DNA of 63,859 bases, filler included, from Reclinomonas americana ATCC 50394 (taxonomy: Eukaryota), in assembly GCA_048213135.1 (NCBI GenBank). It is 20 parts of 20 records of this genome, joined end to end, with 100 filler letters (N's around TTAATTAATTAA, not from the genome) between each part and the next. Parts side by side here need not be neighbours in the genome. Positions count along the whole stretch, not along the records: positions 1 to 1,489 come from AFZH01021121.1; positions 1,590 to 2,737 come from AFZH01021122.1; positions 2,838 to 4,569 come from AFZH01021123.1; positions 4,670 to 5,907 come from AFZH01021124.1; positions 6,008 to 11,223 come from AFZH01021125.1; positions 11,324 to 16,683 come from AFZH01021126.1; 14 more parts are not named here. One strand, given 5' to 3'. Under the pieces are notes generated by a model that worked only from the letters and a program-made list of their open reading frames with translations, was not told the DNA's origin and did no database searches. Numbering within the stretch: position 1 is the first letter of the stretch; the number at the start of each line of letters is the position of its first letter. Positions 1-13,190 of the stretch are shown in pieces. The translations under genes were made by a program, and so were the position numbers.

Positions 1-938
1 AAGAAGACAAGGTGATCAGTCGGCGTCTCGTCGGAGAAAAACAAAAACAGCTGTGTAGATTTACCCTGTAGTCCTGCACGCACACGGCAAACTCGCCGCG
101 CGCCGCCGCGCTGAACTCAATGCGGCGCTTGCTCATGAACTATAGCACACACACAGAGGAGTGAGCTCTTCTGAGGATGGGCGCGAAAAACAAGCACACA
201 AACCTGATTGCGATATTGCTCCTCCTGGAGGAAGCGACGCTCGCGCTCCTGCTCCTCGCGCGCACGACGCTCCTGCTCCTCCTTGACGCGCCTCTCCTCC
301 TCCTCACGCTTTCGCTTCTTCTCCTTGGCCTGTGTTGCGCGTGAGATGGCCCGCCATGTCCATCATGGGCAAACAAACACAAACAAAACAAACCCCCGCC
401 GCCACATTGGTGACCTCGCCCAGCGCTCGCACCCACTTGTCCTTCTCGCCTGTGCTCTCCGCCTCCAGTGCATACACAATGTCATCCTCTGTAACAACAA
501 AACAAAAAAAATCAGTGCATCCTCGCTCACTTGTGTGCGCACACACAGAGAAGGCACACACCAGTGACGATTGCAAAGCCGGGAGTGTTGGGGTGCATCG
601 AGTCAATGCGCGACACATCTGTGACAACACAAATGAGCATGCCATTCATCAATTTGCACTGAGAGACACACACACACACCGAGCAGGTTGACTTGGTCAA
701 TGTGATCCAGCTCCTGCGTGCGTGCATTGTGAGACACCAGTACATGTGCGTCCATGAGAGAGTTACGCAACTCCTTGCTCGGCGTAAAGGTACATCTTGA
801 AGCCCTTGAGCACAAAGAAGAGGCGCTTCACAGTGCCATCACTGCGTCGCTTGTGTGTGAGCAGCTCTGTGTGTGACAAGTGACAAGAGAGAGAGAGAGA
901 CGCAACTGCGGGTCGCGTTGGTACAAGTAGCCCTCCAT
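1..938 (-). CDS. PH-domain + coiled-coil protein, possibly followed by an SH3 domain; multi-exon, 3' truncated by window edge
   Basis: Spliced translation MEGYLYQRDPH-DGTVKRLFFVLKGFKMYLYAEQG-ELDHIDQVNLL-DVSRIDSMHPNTPGFAIVT-EDDIVYALEAESTGEKDKWVRALGEV shows PH hallmarks (EGYL, FFVL, final W helix). An E/R-rich coil follows, then FAVCVQDY (SH3 ALYDY-like start). Six complete GT-AG introns keep frame; a seventh runs off the window edge. Confidence 0.8.
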
Positions 939-1350
939 AGCGTGTTGATGTGTTGATGTGCGTGTGCTGTGAGTGAGAGCAAGGCGGGTGAGCGGAACAA
1001 TTTTTTTATGTGTGTGTTGTTTTGTGCCCAGCTCACAAAAAACACACAAGTGAGACACACACATAGCACACACAAAGACACGCATGCGCATTGTGTGTGT
1101 GCGTGAGAGACAGAGAGTGCAACACACGTGCGTGTTTTGTGTGTGGTGCGCCATTGAGCGAGGCATGGCCCTCATCTCACACACGCACAAACACAAAACA
1201 ATACATTCTCGCGCGCGCTGTCACGTGGGTGCGCGAGAGACACACGCAGCAAGAAAGTGCGTGTGTGCTTGTTGTGTTTGTGCGACTGCTCACCCCGCCC
1301 GATAAGTGCAATGTGGGTTGTTGGTCGATTGGAGTGGAGTGTCGATTTTG

Positions 1351-2950
1351 ATGGCGCTGTGTGTGGTGGTCACTGGAGCGTCGCGAGGCATTGGTGTGTG
1401 CGGGGGAAGAGAGAGAGAGAGAGAGGGGGTGAGGCACAAGAAAAAAGAGGAAAAGGAGGGGCGAAAAATGTGTTGTTTCGTGGTGTGTGNNNNNNNNNNN
1501 NNNNNNNNNNNNNNNNNNNNNNNNNNNNNNNNNTTAATTAATTAANNNNNNNNNNNNNNNNNNNNNNNNNNNNNNNNNNNNNNNNNNNNCCTTCGTCTTC
1601 TTCTTCTTCTTCCTTCTTCTTCTCCATCTTAGTCCTTGTCCTCGTCTTCCTTTTTTCCTCCGCCTTCTTCTCCTCCTCCTCCTTCTCCTTATCCTCCTTC
1701 TCCTTATCCTCACTTCCCCTCCCTCAGGCCTTGAATTCGTGCGAACGCTGTGTGGCCTCGGGCACTGGGTGTTTGCGGTGTGTCGCGATCCGCAGCACGA
1801 AAAGAGCGCAGAGCTGCGCGAGTTTGTGGCGGCATTTGGCGGAGGCGAGGATTCGGAGCAGCAGCGCGGCAGGGTGACGGTGGTGGTCGCCGATGCTGCC
1901 AGCGAGGAGTCGATCAAAGTATAGTTGTGCGATGTGCTACCCTGGGTGCTGCTGTCTTTCTCACCCTGCCTCTCCCTGGCGACTCGCAGTCGGCTTGTGC
2001 CACCATTGCCGAGCTCACCGACCATGTGGACATTGTGATCAACAACGCAGGTAATCTCGTCTCGCACTTTGAGCGACCCCGTCGACTCTCACGACCCTAC
2101 AGGTTGTGCCTTTTATCATGGGCGCGCCCTGGAGACCAACGCGCTGGAGGAGATGATTGTCGAGTACCGAGTCAATGCTCTTGCGCCGCTGGTTTGTGCG
2201 GCCCCCTTCTCCTTCGTTTCCTCGTGTTTCTCTTCCCCTGCTGTCTTTCTCGTCAGTCTTCTCTTTCCATCCACTCGTACCTCACCTCTCCCTCTCTTAT
2301 CCTCAATACTGTCCCTCTTCTCCTGTGTTTCTTCCCTCTCTGTCATCATTCTATTCCGTGGCTTCTCTCTTCTCTCCTGCGTTTCTTCCCATCCCTCTTT
2401 CTTTCTTTCATTCAGTCTCTCTTCCCTCCCAATCACTCACTGCATCGCTTTCCCCTTTCCCTTCATCCTTTTCATTCACGTCACCTTTTGCTGTCACCTT
2501 CTCTCGCAATCTGTCCCCTCGCTTTCCCTCTCTCATTTCCCATTAATTTTCCCTCCTCTTTTTCTCTTCGTCTCGCTCTTCCCCTCTCTCTTCCCCCTCG
2601 CTCTTCCCTTCTCCTTTCCCTTTCCCCTTTCCCCCTTTCCCCCGTTCCCCCTTTCCCCCTTTCCCCCCTTCCGCCCTTCCCCTTTCCCCCCTTCCCCCCT
2701 TCCCCCCTACCTCCCCCTATTCTACCCCCTTTCTCATNNNNNNNNNNNNNNNNNNNNNNNNNNNNNNNNNNNNNNNNNNNNTTAATTAATTAANNNNNNN
2801 NNNNNNNNNNNNNNNNNNNNNNNNNNNNNNNNNNNNNGCGCATAGTGTCTGCCGACGGCATGTCTCTCTCTCTCTCTTACCGACTGTTCTCACTGGCCCT
2901 CTCCACCCAGAAAATTCTACGAGTGGAGCGGAAGAGAGATTCCGTTTTAG
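1351..2950 (+). CDS. Short-chain dehydrogenase/reductase, C-factor (CsgA)-like; multi-exon, spans two gaps
   Basis: MALCVVVTGASRGIG|LEFVRTL...VFAVCRDP...DIVINNAG...YRVNALAPL, with a last exon (G)KFYEWSGREIPF* at 2911-2950 typical of C-factor-like SDR C-termini. The YxxxK exon is not visible and presumably lies in a gap. Confidence 0.85.
1490..1589. other. Artificial contig linker (44 N + TTAATTAATTAA + 44 N); 19 such linkers in the window
   Basis: Identical 100-nt spacer with stops in all six frames at 1490, 2738, 4570, 5908, 11224, 16684, 19956, 23104, 26649, 35344, 42818, 46239, 48320, 49732, 52270, 55067, 57373, 58743 and 62410. Confidence 0.99.
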
Positions 2951-3039
2951 AGGGGACGGGCGGGGAGTGTCGAAGTCATTGTAGGCCGATTTTCTTGTCC
3001 TCTCGTCATATTCCTCGACTCTTGCAGTGCCACGGTGAG

Positions 3040-4000
3040 ATGAGTGCCACCAACCCGTCACCTGCGCCGCCGCCCCCACCACCACCACCGCATCCCCCGC
3101 AAATCTCTGGACGCAGCGACTTGCCGCCTCCATGTTGCGTTCCCCTTTCCGTTGACGAATTCTCTCTCTCGCGACACGCCGATCGAGATTCTCTTGTCGT
3201 CTCAGAAATCGAGAGGTCCTACCCTCCTTCTTCTTCTTCTTCGTCTCTCTCTCTGTCATTGCAGATGGCTCGCTTGGCTATACCGACAGTCTGGCCTCAC
3301 GTCCACCGCCGCCGGCCTACAATCCGTACATGGGTAGTGCTGGTGAGCAACACAGAACAGGAGAAATTCTTCCGACTTGTCGCACACATCGTTGGAAGGG
3401 AAAACCTCTTTCTCCGTTGTCCTTCTCTCGCTGTATGCTGATGAATCCCCTTCAGGAGTTGTGCCGCCAGTCGCCCCTGCTCCAGCGCCTGCGGCGGCGG
3501 CCGGCACATATCCCGACACGGTGGTGGTGGTGATCGCGGACGACGGCTCTCCACCGTGTCCTCGATGTGGGTCGACTGGCGAGCGTGTGGTTGCACGGGC
3601 GTTGCGTCTGGGGCTCGGGGTAGTTTTTTTCCGCGATGCATGGCATGCTGTACTGATTGGTGGTGGTTTCTTGTGCGGCACAGCGGCTTCACGGTCTGGT
3701 GCTGGGCCATTTTTCTCATCATCTTCTTCCCGTGTGAGTGTGTACAACTCGGATCGGTGTATGCCGTTGCTGCCACCTGACAAAGATGTTGTTGACATGC
3801 GCAGTCCTGTGCTGGCTGCCGTTCTGCCTGCCAGAGTGCTACGAGTATGAGGTGAGGGTGGGGAATAGAACAGAACTTACTGCACAGTGTGGTGAGCGAT
3901 TTCTGTTCCACTCAGTGCTCTTTGCGTGTGGCAGGTCCGCTGCACATCGTGCAACCTGTACAAAGGACGGGTATCGGGCGACGCAGCGTTACTGATGTAG
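3040..4000 (+). CDS. LITAF-domain (zinc ribbon, membrane-associated) protein with PPxY motifs
   Basis: Spliced protein has a Pro-rich N-terminus with LPPPY and PPAY, then CPRC...AGFTVWCWAIFLIIFFPFLCWLPFCLPECYEYEVRCTSC. This is the CxxC-hydrophobic-CxxC LITAF layout. Five introns keep frame. Confidence 0.85.
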
Positions 4001-4669
4001 CTGTCGGTGGTTGATGCAGGTGGTAAAGCTGTTGATATTGTGGGGGTAACTGGTGCTGATAACCTCAGAGTGACCAACATCCGGGCAGCATCATGATCTG
4101 CCTCGCCAGCTTCCCTGATCCATGTTCTCTCGATTAGAGAAAGATCCAAAGCTGATCGTGGAGAACAATCACAGTGTGACGATGCACCCAGGGTTTTGCT
4201 CTGACACCACCCTCTCTGCGCGTTCTCCACTCCTCCTCCTCTTCACATCACGACTTGTCACCTTTTCATCTTGCTGTTCGGATCAACGAATCTTCATTTT
4301 CTCTCTTCGTTTCTTGCATCACGCAGCGCGCGTGTGTGTGCAAAACAACAACAGAGACACACACAAATGGCCTCTCGACCTCCTCCTCCACGCCCTCACT
4401 CAACAACAACAACAAGAACTCCTTCGCTGTCAATGTCTGCCTCTGCTCCGTGCGACGTTGAGAAAGCAGACAAGATGCTCGTCGACAGCAAGCAGCATGT
4501 GACGGCGATGATGACGATGCATTCCTCCTCTCTCTCCATCAACAGCAACGATGATGATGATGATGATGANNNNNNNNNNNNNNNNNNNNNNNNNNNNNNN
4601 NNNNNNNNNNNNNTTAATTAATTAANNNNNNNNNNNNNNNNNNNNNNNNNNNNNNNNNNNNNNNNNNNN

Positions 4670-4764
<95 letters not shown>

Positions 4765-4821
4765 CTGTCTTTGATGTCCTCGCGTCACGTTGTGTCTCAC
4801 CTTTGTGGTGCATTCACGCAG

Positions 4822-5834
4822 CTGCTCACCAGGAGCACATGGAACACACGGCGATGGAAGGCATCGTCGAGGTACAGTGATTGTTTGTCATCCAAAGATG
4901 AGCATGTCTCTCACTGATCTCTCTCTCTCTGGCGTGATTGCACAGCAACGTGCGAGGAGACAGCGAGTCGACTCGTCTCAGGTGGATCACAGTGAGGACT
5001 CGCCTGCACGTGACTCAGTTGAGACATCATCCCGCAAGCGTTCTGTGGAGGTGAGCTCCGATGAGACACGCGTCTCAATTTGCCTCTCGCTCGTGCATCG
5101 CAGTTTGCACCTGATTTTTCTCTTCGTTCTCCACAGGTAGATGCATCCAGCGATGACGAGCTTGCACCGCCAAAGAAAAAGAAGGTATGGATTTTCTGTC
5201 GCTGAGCATTGTTGTGCTTGTTCGTAGATCTGCATTTGGTTCTCTTTTGTCATCGTGGTTTCACAGGGTGGCAAGGCTCGAGTTGAGACAGAGCCAGTGG
5301 AGTTGAGCGCAGACGAGAAGCTGTTGCTGAACAAGCTGCTCGTTGAGTGTGCATTCTCTCTTCATCTAGTCAACCTGGCTCACTCCTCCTTCTCCTCATC
5401 TCTTCATGTGTCTCTCGCAGCGATGCAATCGGAAGAGGATTCTGCTGAAGGCATTTGGCCTGGTGGCACCCATTGTTCAGGAATCCACAGTCATCTACCA
5501 TCAGAGTGTCCTCTTTGAGCTGGCCTGTGGCGACTGTGGGATGTCGTTGTCGGGGCCGGTTCAAACGTCGTCTGCTGTCAATTGTGCGTTTGGCAAGAGT
5601 CTTGGGTTGAGCGTCATGGGTTCACGCGCCAAAACGCCAAAATCAGTGGAAGGTGTGCTCCAGCGAGTGAGCAACTACATAGAGGTGAGCAAGCGTGTGC
5701 CTGTGAACGACCGTGCCATGTTGAACCATCGTGTACATGATTGCAATCTACAGATGAGCCTACTCAGTGGCGCGACTTTGGTGGATGCTGTTGAGAGACC
5801 ACTTATAAAAGTGGATGAGCGCGGTTATTCGGAG
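4822..5834 (+). CDS. Hypothetical protein with NLS-like PPKKKK; partial, multi-exon (possible first exon at 4367-4569)
   Basis: Six exons are joined by phase-0 GT-AG introns into an open frame (…VDASSDDELAPPKKKK-GGKARVE…LLLNKLL-RCNRKRILLKAF…). No recognisable domain. Confidence 0.55.
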
Positions 5835-7050
5835 GTGAGTTTATGAAGCATGATTTTCTGCGTGTGTTGCGATCATATCGACTAATCTTCGTTCACTCGG
5901 CTTGCTTNNNNNNNNNNNNNNNNNNNNNNNNNNNNNNNNNNNNNNNNNNNNTTAATTAATTAANNNNNNNNNNNNNNNNNNNNNNNNNNNNNNNNNNNNN
6001 NNNNNNNTCTTCTTCTTCTCTCTTCTTCTTCTTCTCCCTCCCTCCCTCTCTCTCTCCCTCCCTCTTTCCTTCCCTCCCCACCACTCACCCCACTCTTACT
6101 CTGCTGCTGCTGTGACACCGACCACGACGACATTGACTCCTCTTCTCCGCCTGCAGACGCCAGTGGAGGCGACAACAAGACGCGACGCTGAGTGGAGCTT
6201 CGTCGCCCGCCCACACTGTGCAGAGTGTAGGCGCCGCCACCACTGCCTACTGGCACCTTGTCACAGTGCAGCGGGAGGGTGAGCTCCGCGGTTGCCATTG
6301 TGAAGAAGTGATTGTGATTGTGGCGGGAAAGAGTTGCGGTGATCAGTGTCACCTCGGTGCATCGTGTCGAGTTTACACAATTTCTCTTCCACGCGTGCAG
6401 TGTTGACGGTTGTGGCACAAGTTGAGAAGCTGCGATCTTCAGTGGAGGGTACACGATCACAATTGATCCGCAGCGATCGCGAAGCTTCAGCTTGTTTCGA
6501 ATTTAGGCCAAGATCTGCTGGATCCGGACGTGTTACGTATACATACGAGCTTCAGCTTGAGTTTTCTGTTGGCTCTGAAGCGCTAGCTGCAGCTGTGCAC
6601 CTATCGAATACAAGCTGCCTTCGAATATGCACGCTTGCCGGTTGGAATTCGAAATCATCGACCACCCCCATGCAGGCTGTTTCCGTACGTGCCATACATG
6701 CCACGACACGCAACATCTGCCTTGCCAGCCATAAAGTTGTAGTCGATTGCGGTGGCCGGGTTCCTTGTCATCCCCCTTGCATGCCTTATACGCGGCCACC
6801 TGTTGCGAAAGTCAAAGGGTCAAGTAATCGAGAGCCAAGGGTCAAGGCCACGAATGCATGTAAGCGGAGCGTGCAAAGTCTGTAACATCCTCCCCTTCTC
6901 CTCCCTCCTCCTCCTCCCCCCAGTTTCCACACTCGCAAAGATACTATACACTCACTGCGCGCGGCTACGCGGCAGGAGATGTGTGGCTCATCTCTCTCCT
7001 TCCACCCCTACCTCTCTCACTCTCACTCACTCTCCCTCCCTCCCCAACGC

Positions 7051-10000
7051 CTAGCACGTCAGGGTCACGGTGAACTTGGGCGCCGTGGCCGTAATCGACG
7101 CCCGGCTGGTCACATCGGTGAACGCCTTGATAAAGAAGGTGCCGGTGGCGGCGTTGACGGAGCCCAGGTCCACCGAGCCACTGCCGCTGACCGGTACCGT
7201 GATGGTGCCGGCGATGCGGTTGACATCGGTCAGCGCGGTGACCACCATGAGGAAGGCGGTCGGCGGCATGTTGGTGAAGTTGGCCTTGATGATGCCAGTG
7301 CGAGAGCGGTAGCACGAGGCCGTGGCGGTGATGGTGGGCGGCGGGATCTCGCAAAAGGCGCCCGAGTAACGGTTGACACACTGCGCGAGGGGGAGTGAGA
7401 TGGCGACAGGGAATGAAAACGAGGGACAGCTTACGCACTGTGCATGTGCCGGTCTTGGAGCAGGAGCCGCCGTTCTTGCAGGTGGACGTGACGCACTGCA
7501 CGTCGCACGAGGTGCCAAAGTAGCCGGTGGCGCACTTGTCGCAGTTCGGCGTCTTGGCGTTCGAGCTCGCAAAGCCCTGTGCGGGAGAGCGAGTGCGTGA
7601 GTCGTGCTCTTATTTAACGGATAAGCGTGCTCACGTACAATGGCGCAAGTCGAGCAGGTGGGGCCGGCAAAGTTGACCTTGCAGGCGCAGAATCCGTCAG
7701 TGTCGCACAGAACGGAGCCGGCGGTGGAGCACGTGCACGCGAGGCTGGTGGGCAGAGTGAGCATCGGTGATGAGACGGAAGTGTTTGGAAAAACAACTCA
7801 CCAACGTCCGGCAGAGCAGTACTGTCCAGCGGGGCAAGTCACGCTGCTGCACGAGCCTGCACACAAACACGCCAGTAAAAAAACAAGACGTTTCAACGCT
7901 TGCTTCTCTCTCTCCCCCTCACACCTGCAGCCGCCGTCAGCGTCACAGTGTACCGCTGAATGATGCTGGTGCCAGTGGACGCCGAATACACTCGCAGGTA
8001 GTACAGTCCGCCACTGGAGGTCGGCAGGGCGAACTTGGTCACCGCCTCTGCCGAGCCCGCAGCCGTCGCATTTGCTGTGGTGATCACGGAGCTGCCGTTG
8101 GCACTCAGCAGCTGGAACGCCAGGTCGAACTGATTGCGCGGGTCGTACGAGGTGCCGGCGGAGCAGGAGCCGTCGAAGTTCTGTGAGCCACTCAGGTAGG
8201 GGTTCTGCGCGGCCGGGGCGACGGTGATGTCGAGCACGGAGCCTGCGGTGGTGAACTGCGGTGGAAATAGGAGAGGGTGAGCTGCGGTGTGCGAAAAAAT
8301 GAGCGCGTGTTCGTCGATAAGTTCACCTTGTAAAAGTCAATGTCGCTCGCCGAGTCAATGCTGCGGGGCGGTGGCAGACAGTGAGCTTGAGCAGGCAAGA
8401 ATTGGTGATGCGAAACGTACCTCGCGGCAAATGTAGTCGGCGGGTCAGTGACCAGGAGGGCGCCGAGGTTGCTGGCACTGGCCACCGTGTCGTTGTCCTC
8501 TGCGTTGTGCAGTGAGTAAACAAAGACGTGCTGCAAAGCAGCTGGATCACTCACCGTAGGCGTCGCCGTACTTGATCTGCGCGGCGCTCAAGTCGTCAAA
8601 CTGGGCGCCGTCGAATGCCGTGGTGACGTAGGGCTGCCACAGAGGAAGAGTGAGACACCTACATAATCAAGCTCTGAAAACGGATTTCTGTACCTCCATG
8701 AGCTTGGTCTGCTGCACCGGGCACACGTGGTCCATGCTGCATACGGAGGCTGTCAGTCATAATCGGGCGCAAGTGAGAATCACTCGTCGCACGAACCCCA
8801 AGGCATGCCCGAGCTCGTGCGCTAGCACGTTGCGGAAGCCGCGGTAGTTGTTGTTGATGGCAGACGCTCCCTGGTACCACGTGTCTGTGGCGTCAATGAC
8901 CATCTGTGGAACAAGGAGCAGTGAGGCGCGCTGCATAACCAAGAGCTTCAACAGATGTACGCAACATCGCCGGTGTTGGGGAAGTAGCAGTAGGCCAGCA
9001 CTTTGCCGTTGCCATCCAGCGGCTATTTACAAAAAAAGCAGAGAGTCAACAAAAGGTGCGCAAGAAGACACTGCAGTAGATGCAACACACCCGCGCTGCA
9101 ATGCGGACGTCACCGCGCACGCCCAGCACACCGGGCGAGTTGGGGAAGGAGGCACCGTCGTCGTTCGGCTCGTATGCGAACTTGACGCACGTGCCGGTGG
9201 ACCACGCATCAAAGATCCTGCGCAAGTGTCGGCACCGAGAAGAGAGAAAGTGATGAAATGTAGGAGAACGCAACTGCTGGAACAGCGGCTGCCACTTGTT
9301 GGCACCGTACAGGCCGTCCAGCCACGTGCGCAGCGAGCTGCCGGCAGTGGCGCCGCCGCTGATGGCGTTGAAGATGGGAGTGCCCTCTGTTGGAGGAGGG
9401 AGAAGAGGGTGAGGAAAGGGGAGGAGAGGGGGGAGAGGGGGGAGAGGGGGGAGAGGGGAAGGTGAGGGAGAGGAGGAAGGGGGAGAGGGGGAGAGGGGGA
9501 GAGGGGGGAGGGTGGGAGAGGGTGGAGAGAGGGAGATGCAGCAGCGACCGCGGACTCAAAACCAAAGTGTACAAATGTGGGGCGTTGACCTTGAAGTGGA
9601 AACAACAAGGCATTCTCTGGCGCGTGAAAGGCGACCAAAACAATGAATGCAACCAGAAAATGGGTGGTGACACAGAAGAGGAAACTCGAACGGTGCAAGA
9701 GAAAGGCAATGAAACCAAGCGTCCACCGAGGTGAAAGAATAAACTAAGCAAGCGACCGTACGCTTGCGAGCAGGGAGCGGGGCGGCAGACACGGAAGAGG
9801 AAATACCACAACACATGGCAAACGGCAAATGAGAGAGACTAAGAAACGAAAGAGTCAACAACGGATAGAAAGTGGATTGGGCAAGTAACCATCCGCAGAC
9901 GAGCAGAGACTGGGGTGGGGGACACGGAAAAGGAAATAACAAAACATGGCGAACGGCAACTGAGGGCGACAAAGAAAACAATACGGCTCTGCCAGTATTA

Positions 10001-10970
10001 CAACCGGAGAAATGAGGGAGAGAAATGGAAAGATTGTACGTCCGAGAAGCAGGGAGGGAGAGAGTGAGAGAGAAAGGTGGAGAGAGAGAGAGAGAAAGTG
10101 AGTGCAAGAGAGAGAAAAAAGAAACAGCGGAAAAAGGAATGAGAAACAGGGCAATAAACGGCAATAAAAGTGATTCGTGACGATGCTGCTTGTCGGGCAC
10201 AAAGAGCGAGTGAGTGGGATACGCGCGAAAGAGAAGGACCGAGAGACACGCACACGCTGGGAAGAGAGAATGGTGATGCAAGAGAGAGAGAGAAGAAACA
10301 GCGGAAAACAGCGTGCAATAAAAGCAACAAAAAGTGATTGCGACCATGCAGCTTGACGGGCATGAAGAGCAAGTGAGTGGGATACGCGCGAAAGAGAAGG
10401 ACCGAGAGACACGCACACGTTGGGAAGAGAGAATGGTGATGCAAGAGAGAGAGAGAAAAGAACCAACAGAAAACAGAGTGAGAAACAGGGCAATAAAAAC
10501 AACAAAAAGTGATTGTGATGATGCTGGTTGACGGGCATGAAGAGCAAGTGAGTGGGATATGCACGGAAGAGAAGGACCGAGAGACACGCACACAGAAAAA
10601 AGACAAAACAAAGAGACAATGACGAGCGATGATGCAACATTCGACTGCATCAGTCTCTCTCCTTCCCACTGCTCCCGCCACGCACCCTTCACAAACGAAT
10701 AGGTCAACTTGAGGCAGGTTCCCGCCGGCGCCGACGAGGTCGTCGCAGTCGACGTCCACCGCGCCGAGTTGGCATTGAATTCCGGCGTGAAACCACGATT
10801 GCGACGCTTTGTAGTCGTCGTCGTTGAGCTTTCCGTGTGCAACTTCTCCTTGGCCGCCGTCTCCAGCAGCGCAGCAATGGTGGCCTCCAGGTGCTCATGA
10901 GTCGCCGTCTCCGCCATGAAGGGAATGGGCGCGCCTGCCTTCTGCAGTTGCAGAGACAGCGTGCTGGAGT
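7051..10970 (-). CDS. Matrixin (M10, metzincin) metalloprotease + PPC-like domain + laminin/EGF repeats + C-terminal beta domain; copy 1, first exon lost in gap
   Basis: Spliced FRNVLAHELGHALG|MDHVCPVQQTKLME|PYVTTAFDGAQFDDLSAAQIKYGD contains HExxHxxGxxH and the Met-turn. EDNDTVASASNLG…SIDSASDIDFYK…YYLRVY is PPC-like. CACKVNFAGPTCSTC and CKNGGSC…CVNRYSGAFCE are EGF-type. About 13 introns. Confidence 0.9.
10170..10600. repeat. ~165-175-bp tandem repeat (about 3 copies) inside a matrixin copy 1 intron
   Basis: GAGCRAGTGAGTGGGATA…GAGAAGGACCGAGAGACACGCACAC recurs at about 10204, 10367 and 10542. Confidence 0.85.
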
Positions 10971-11381
10971 CTGTAGGAAGGAAGGGAAGGAAGGAAAGGG
11001 TGAGAAAGCAGGAGGAGGCAAGGGAAGGTGAGGGAGGGGAGTGCAAGGCAAGAGAGGAAACGAGGGGAGGAAGACACTGAGAAGTGGTGGCAAGGGTGCA
11101 AGAGGAAGGGAGGAGAGGTGAGTGAAAGAGAGAGAGGGAAGAGAAGGAAGGGAAAACCGTGCTTGCTTTCTCCGTTCCTTCATCTCTCTCTTTGCTCTCT
11201 CTCTCTCTCTCTCTCTCTCTCTCNNNNNNNNNNNNNNNNNNNNNNNNNNNNNNNNNNNNNNNNNNNNTTAATTAATTAANNNNNNNNNNNNNNNNNNNNN
11301 NNNNNNNNNNNNNNNNNNNNNNNGAGAGAGAGAGAGAGATTTGCGCGCGCACACACAAGTGCTCATGTGACCACTACAAAC

Positions 11382-12433
11382 CTCCATCAGCTTGGTCTGG
11401 CTGACCGGGCACACGTGGTCCACACTGCACGCGACGAAATGTGAGTCACTGATGCTCCGCTGTGATCACTGGATAAGTGTAACACACCCAAGAGCGTGGC
11501 CGAGCTCGTGAGCGAGCACGTTGCGGAAACCACGGAAGTTGTTGTTCTTGGCGCCAGTGCTGGCGTACCACGTGTCGGTGGCGTCGAGCACCATCTGCCG
11601 TCGCACACATACACTCGCGTGAGCACGAAGAGAGAGACTACGCGATGCGAGAAAAGACGCAACATCGCCAGTGTTGGGGAAGTAGCAGTAGGCCAGAATG
11701 CTGCTGTTGCCGTCAATCGGCTGTGCGCACAGCGGGTGAGTGATGATGATGATGATGATGGATCGAAATAGTGCTGCTGTGTAGTGGCACTCACCCGCGC
11801 GGAAATACGGATATCGCCACGAACGTTCAAGGCACCGGCCGAGCTCGGGAAGGCGGCACCGTCGTCGGTGGCCTGCTCCACGAACTTGATGCACGAGTTG
11901 GCGGACCAGGCGTCGAAGATCCTGTTGGACAGCTAAGTGATGCGACGCAGAGAAAGAAGAAGAAGACACAAAGACAACGAAACTGCTTGAACAGTGGCTT
12001 CCAGACGCCAGCACCATAGGTGGCATCCAGCCACGAGTTCAGGGTGCTGCCGACGGACGGCTTGGTCGAGTCGACGCCGTTGGGGATCATGGTGCCATCT
12101 GTGCGAAGGGGGCGGATGGTGAGAAGGAGAAGGGGGGAGGGTGAGAAGGAGAAGGGAGAGGAGGAGAAGGGAGAGGAGGAGAAGGGCGAGAAGGAGAAGG
12201 GCGAGAAGGAGAAGGGAGAGAAGGAGAAGGGAGAGAAGGAGAAGGGCGAGAAGGAGAAGGGCGAGAAGGAGAAGGGCGAGAAGGAGAAGGGTGAGAAGGA
12301 GAAGGGGGGTATGAGGGAGACGAGGAAAAACAGAGAGAAGGGAGCAGAGGGAGAAGGACAAGGAAGCAAGAGGACGAGGAAGAACAGAGACAAGAGAAGT
12401 GAGAAAGCGAGAAGGGAAAAGAGTGAGAGAGAA

Positions 12434-12464
<31 letters not shown>

Positions 12465-13143
12465 TCACACACACACAACAAAAACACACAGAGGGAGAGG
12501 GACGAGAGAAAGAAGACAGGGAGAAGGGGTAACAGCAAACAGACATAAGAGAAAACACACGCGCCCTCACTCTTTTCATCACCCACTCACCAGGAACAAA
12601 CGAGTAGGTCAGGGTGAGGCACGTGCTGATCGCGTGCGACGACTGCGTCGCGGTCTTGGTCCAGTTGGTGCCGCCTTGATTGTTGTTGTAGGTGAAGTCG
12701 GGAGTGAACTCGCCGCGGACGCGGTTCTCCGCAGTCTTGCGCGCCACTGCAGCCTCCACAATGCGGCTCACCGCGCGACTCAAATCGTCCCACGTCGACT
12801 CGGGCGACATGACCGGGATCGGTGCGTCGAGGGTGCGGAGCTTCGAGGAGAGAGATTCACGCTCGCCTGTATTCGTGGCCAAGAAAATCGTGAAAACCAG
12901 GCGAACGAGACAAGGAAAGCAGAGAGAAAGAGTGAGAATGGACGTGTCTTGACATGGAACCCATAATTTTGTGTCCGAAACACCGTACAGATGACGGCGA
13001 ATGAGAGAGAGAGAGGGACAGAAGGAGCAAGTGTGTGTGTGTGAGAGAGAGTGAGAAGTAGTGTCATGACAAATATACACAAAATTGGAGTCTGAAACAA
13101 ACACAAACAATGAAAGCGAATGAGAGGGATAGAAAGAGCAAAA

Positions 13144-13190
<47 letters not shown>

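Noticed and set aside
1534..1545. Recurrent TTAATTAATTAA palindrome
   Set aside because: Always centred in N runs of fixed length; it is an artificial six-frame-stop linker.
9556..11046. 496-aa hydrophobic ORF and similar F/L/S/P-rich or ER-repeat ORFs across the window
   Set aside because: They read through pyrimidine-rich or microsatellite introns that lack stop codons; only the embedded exons are real.
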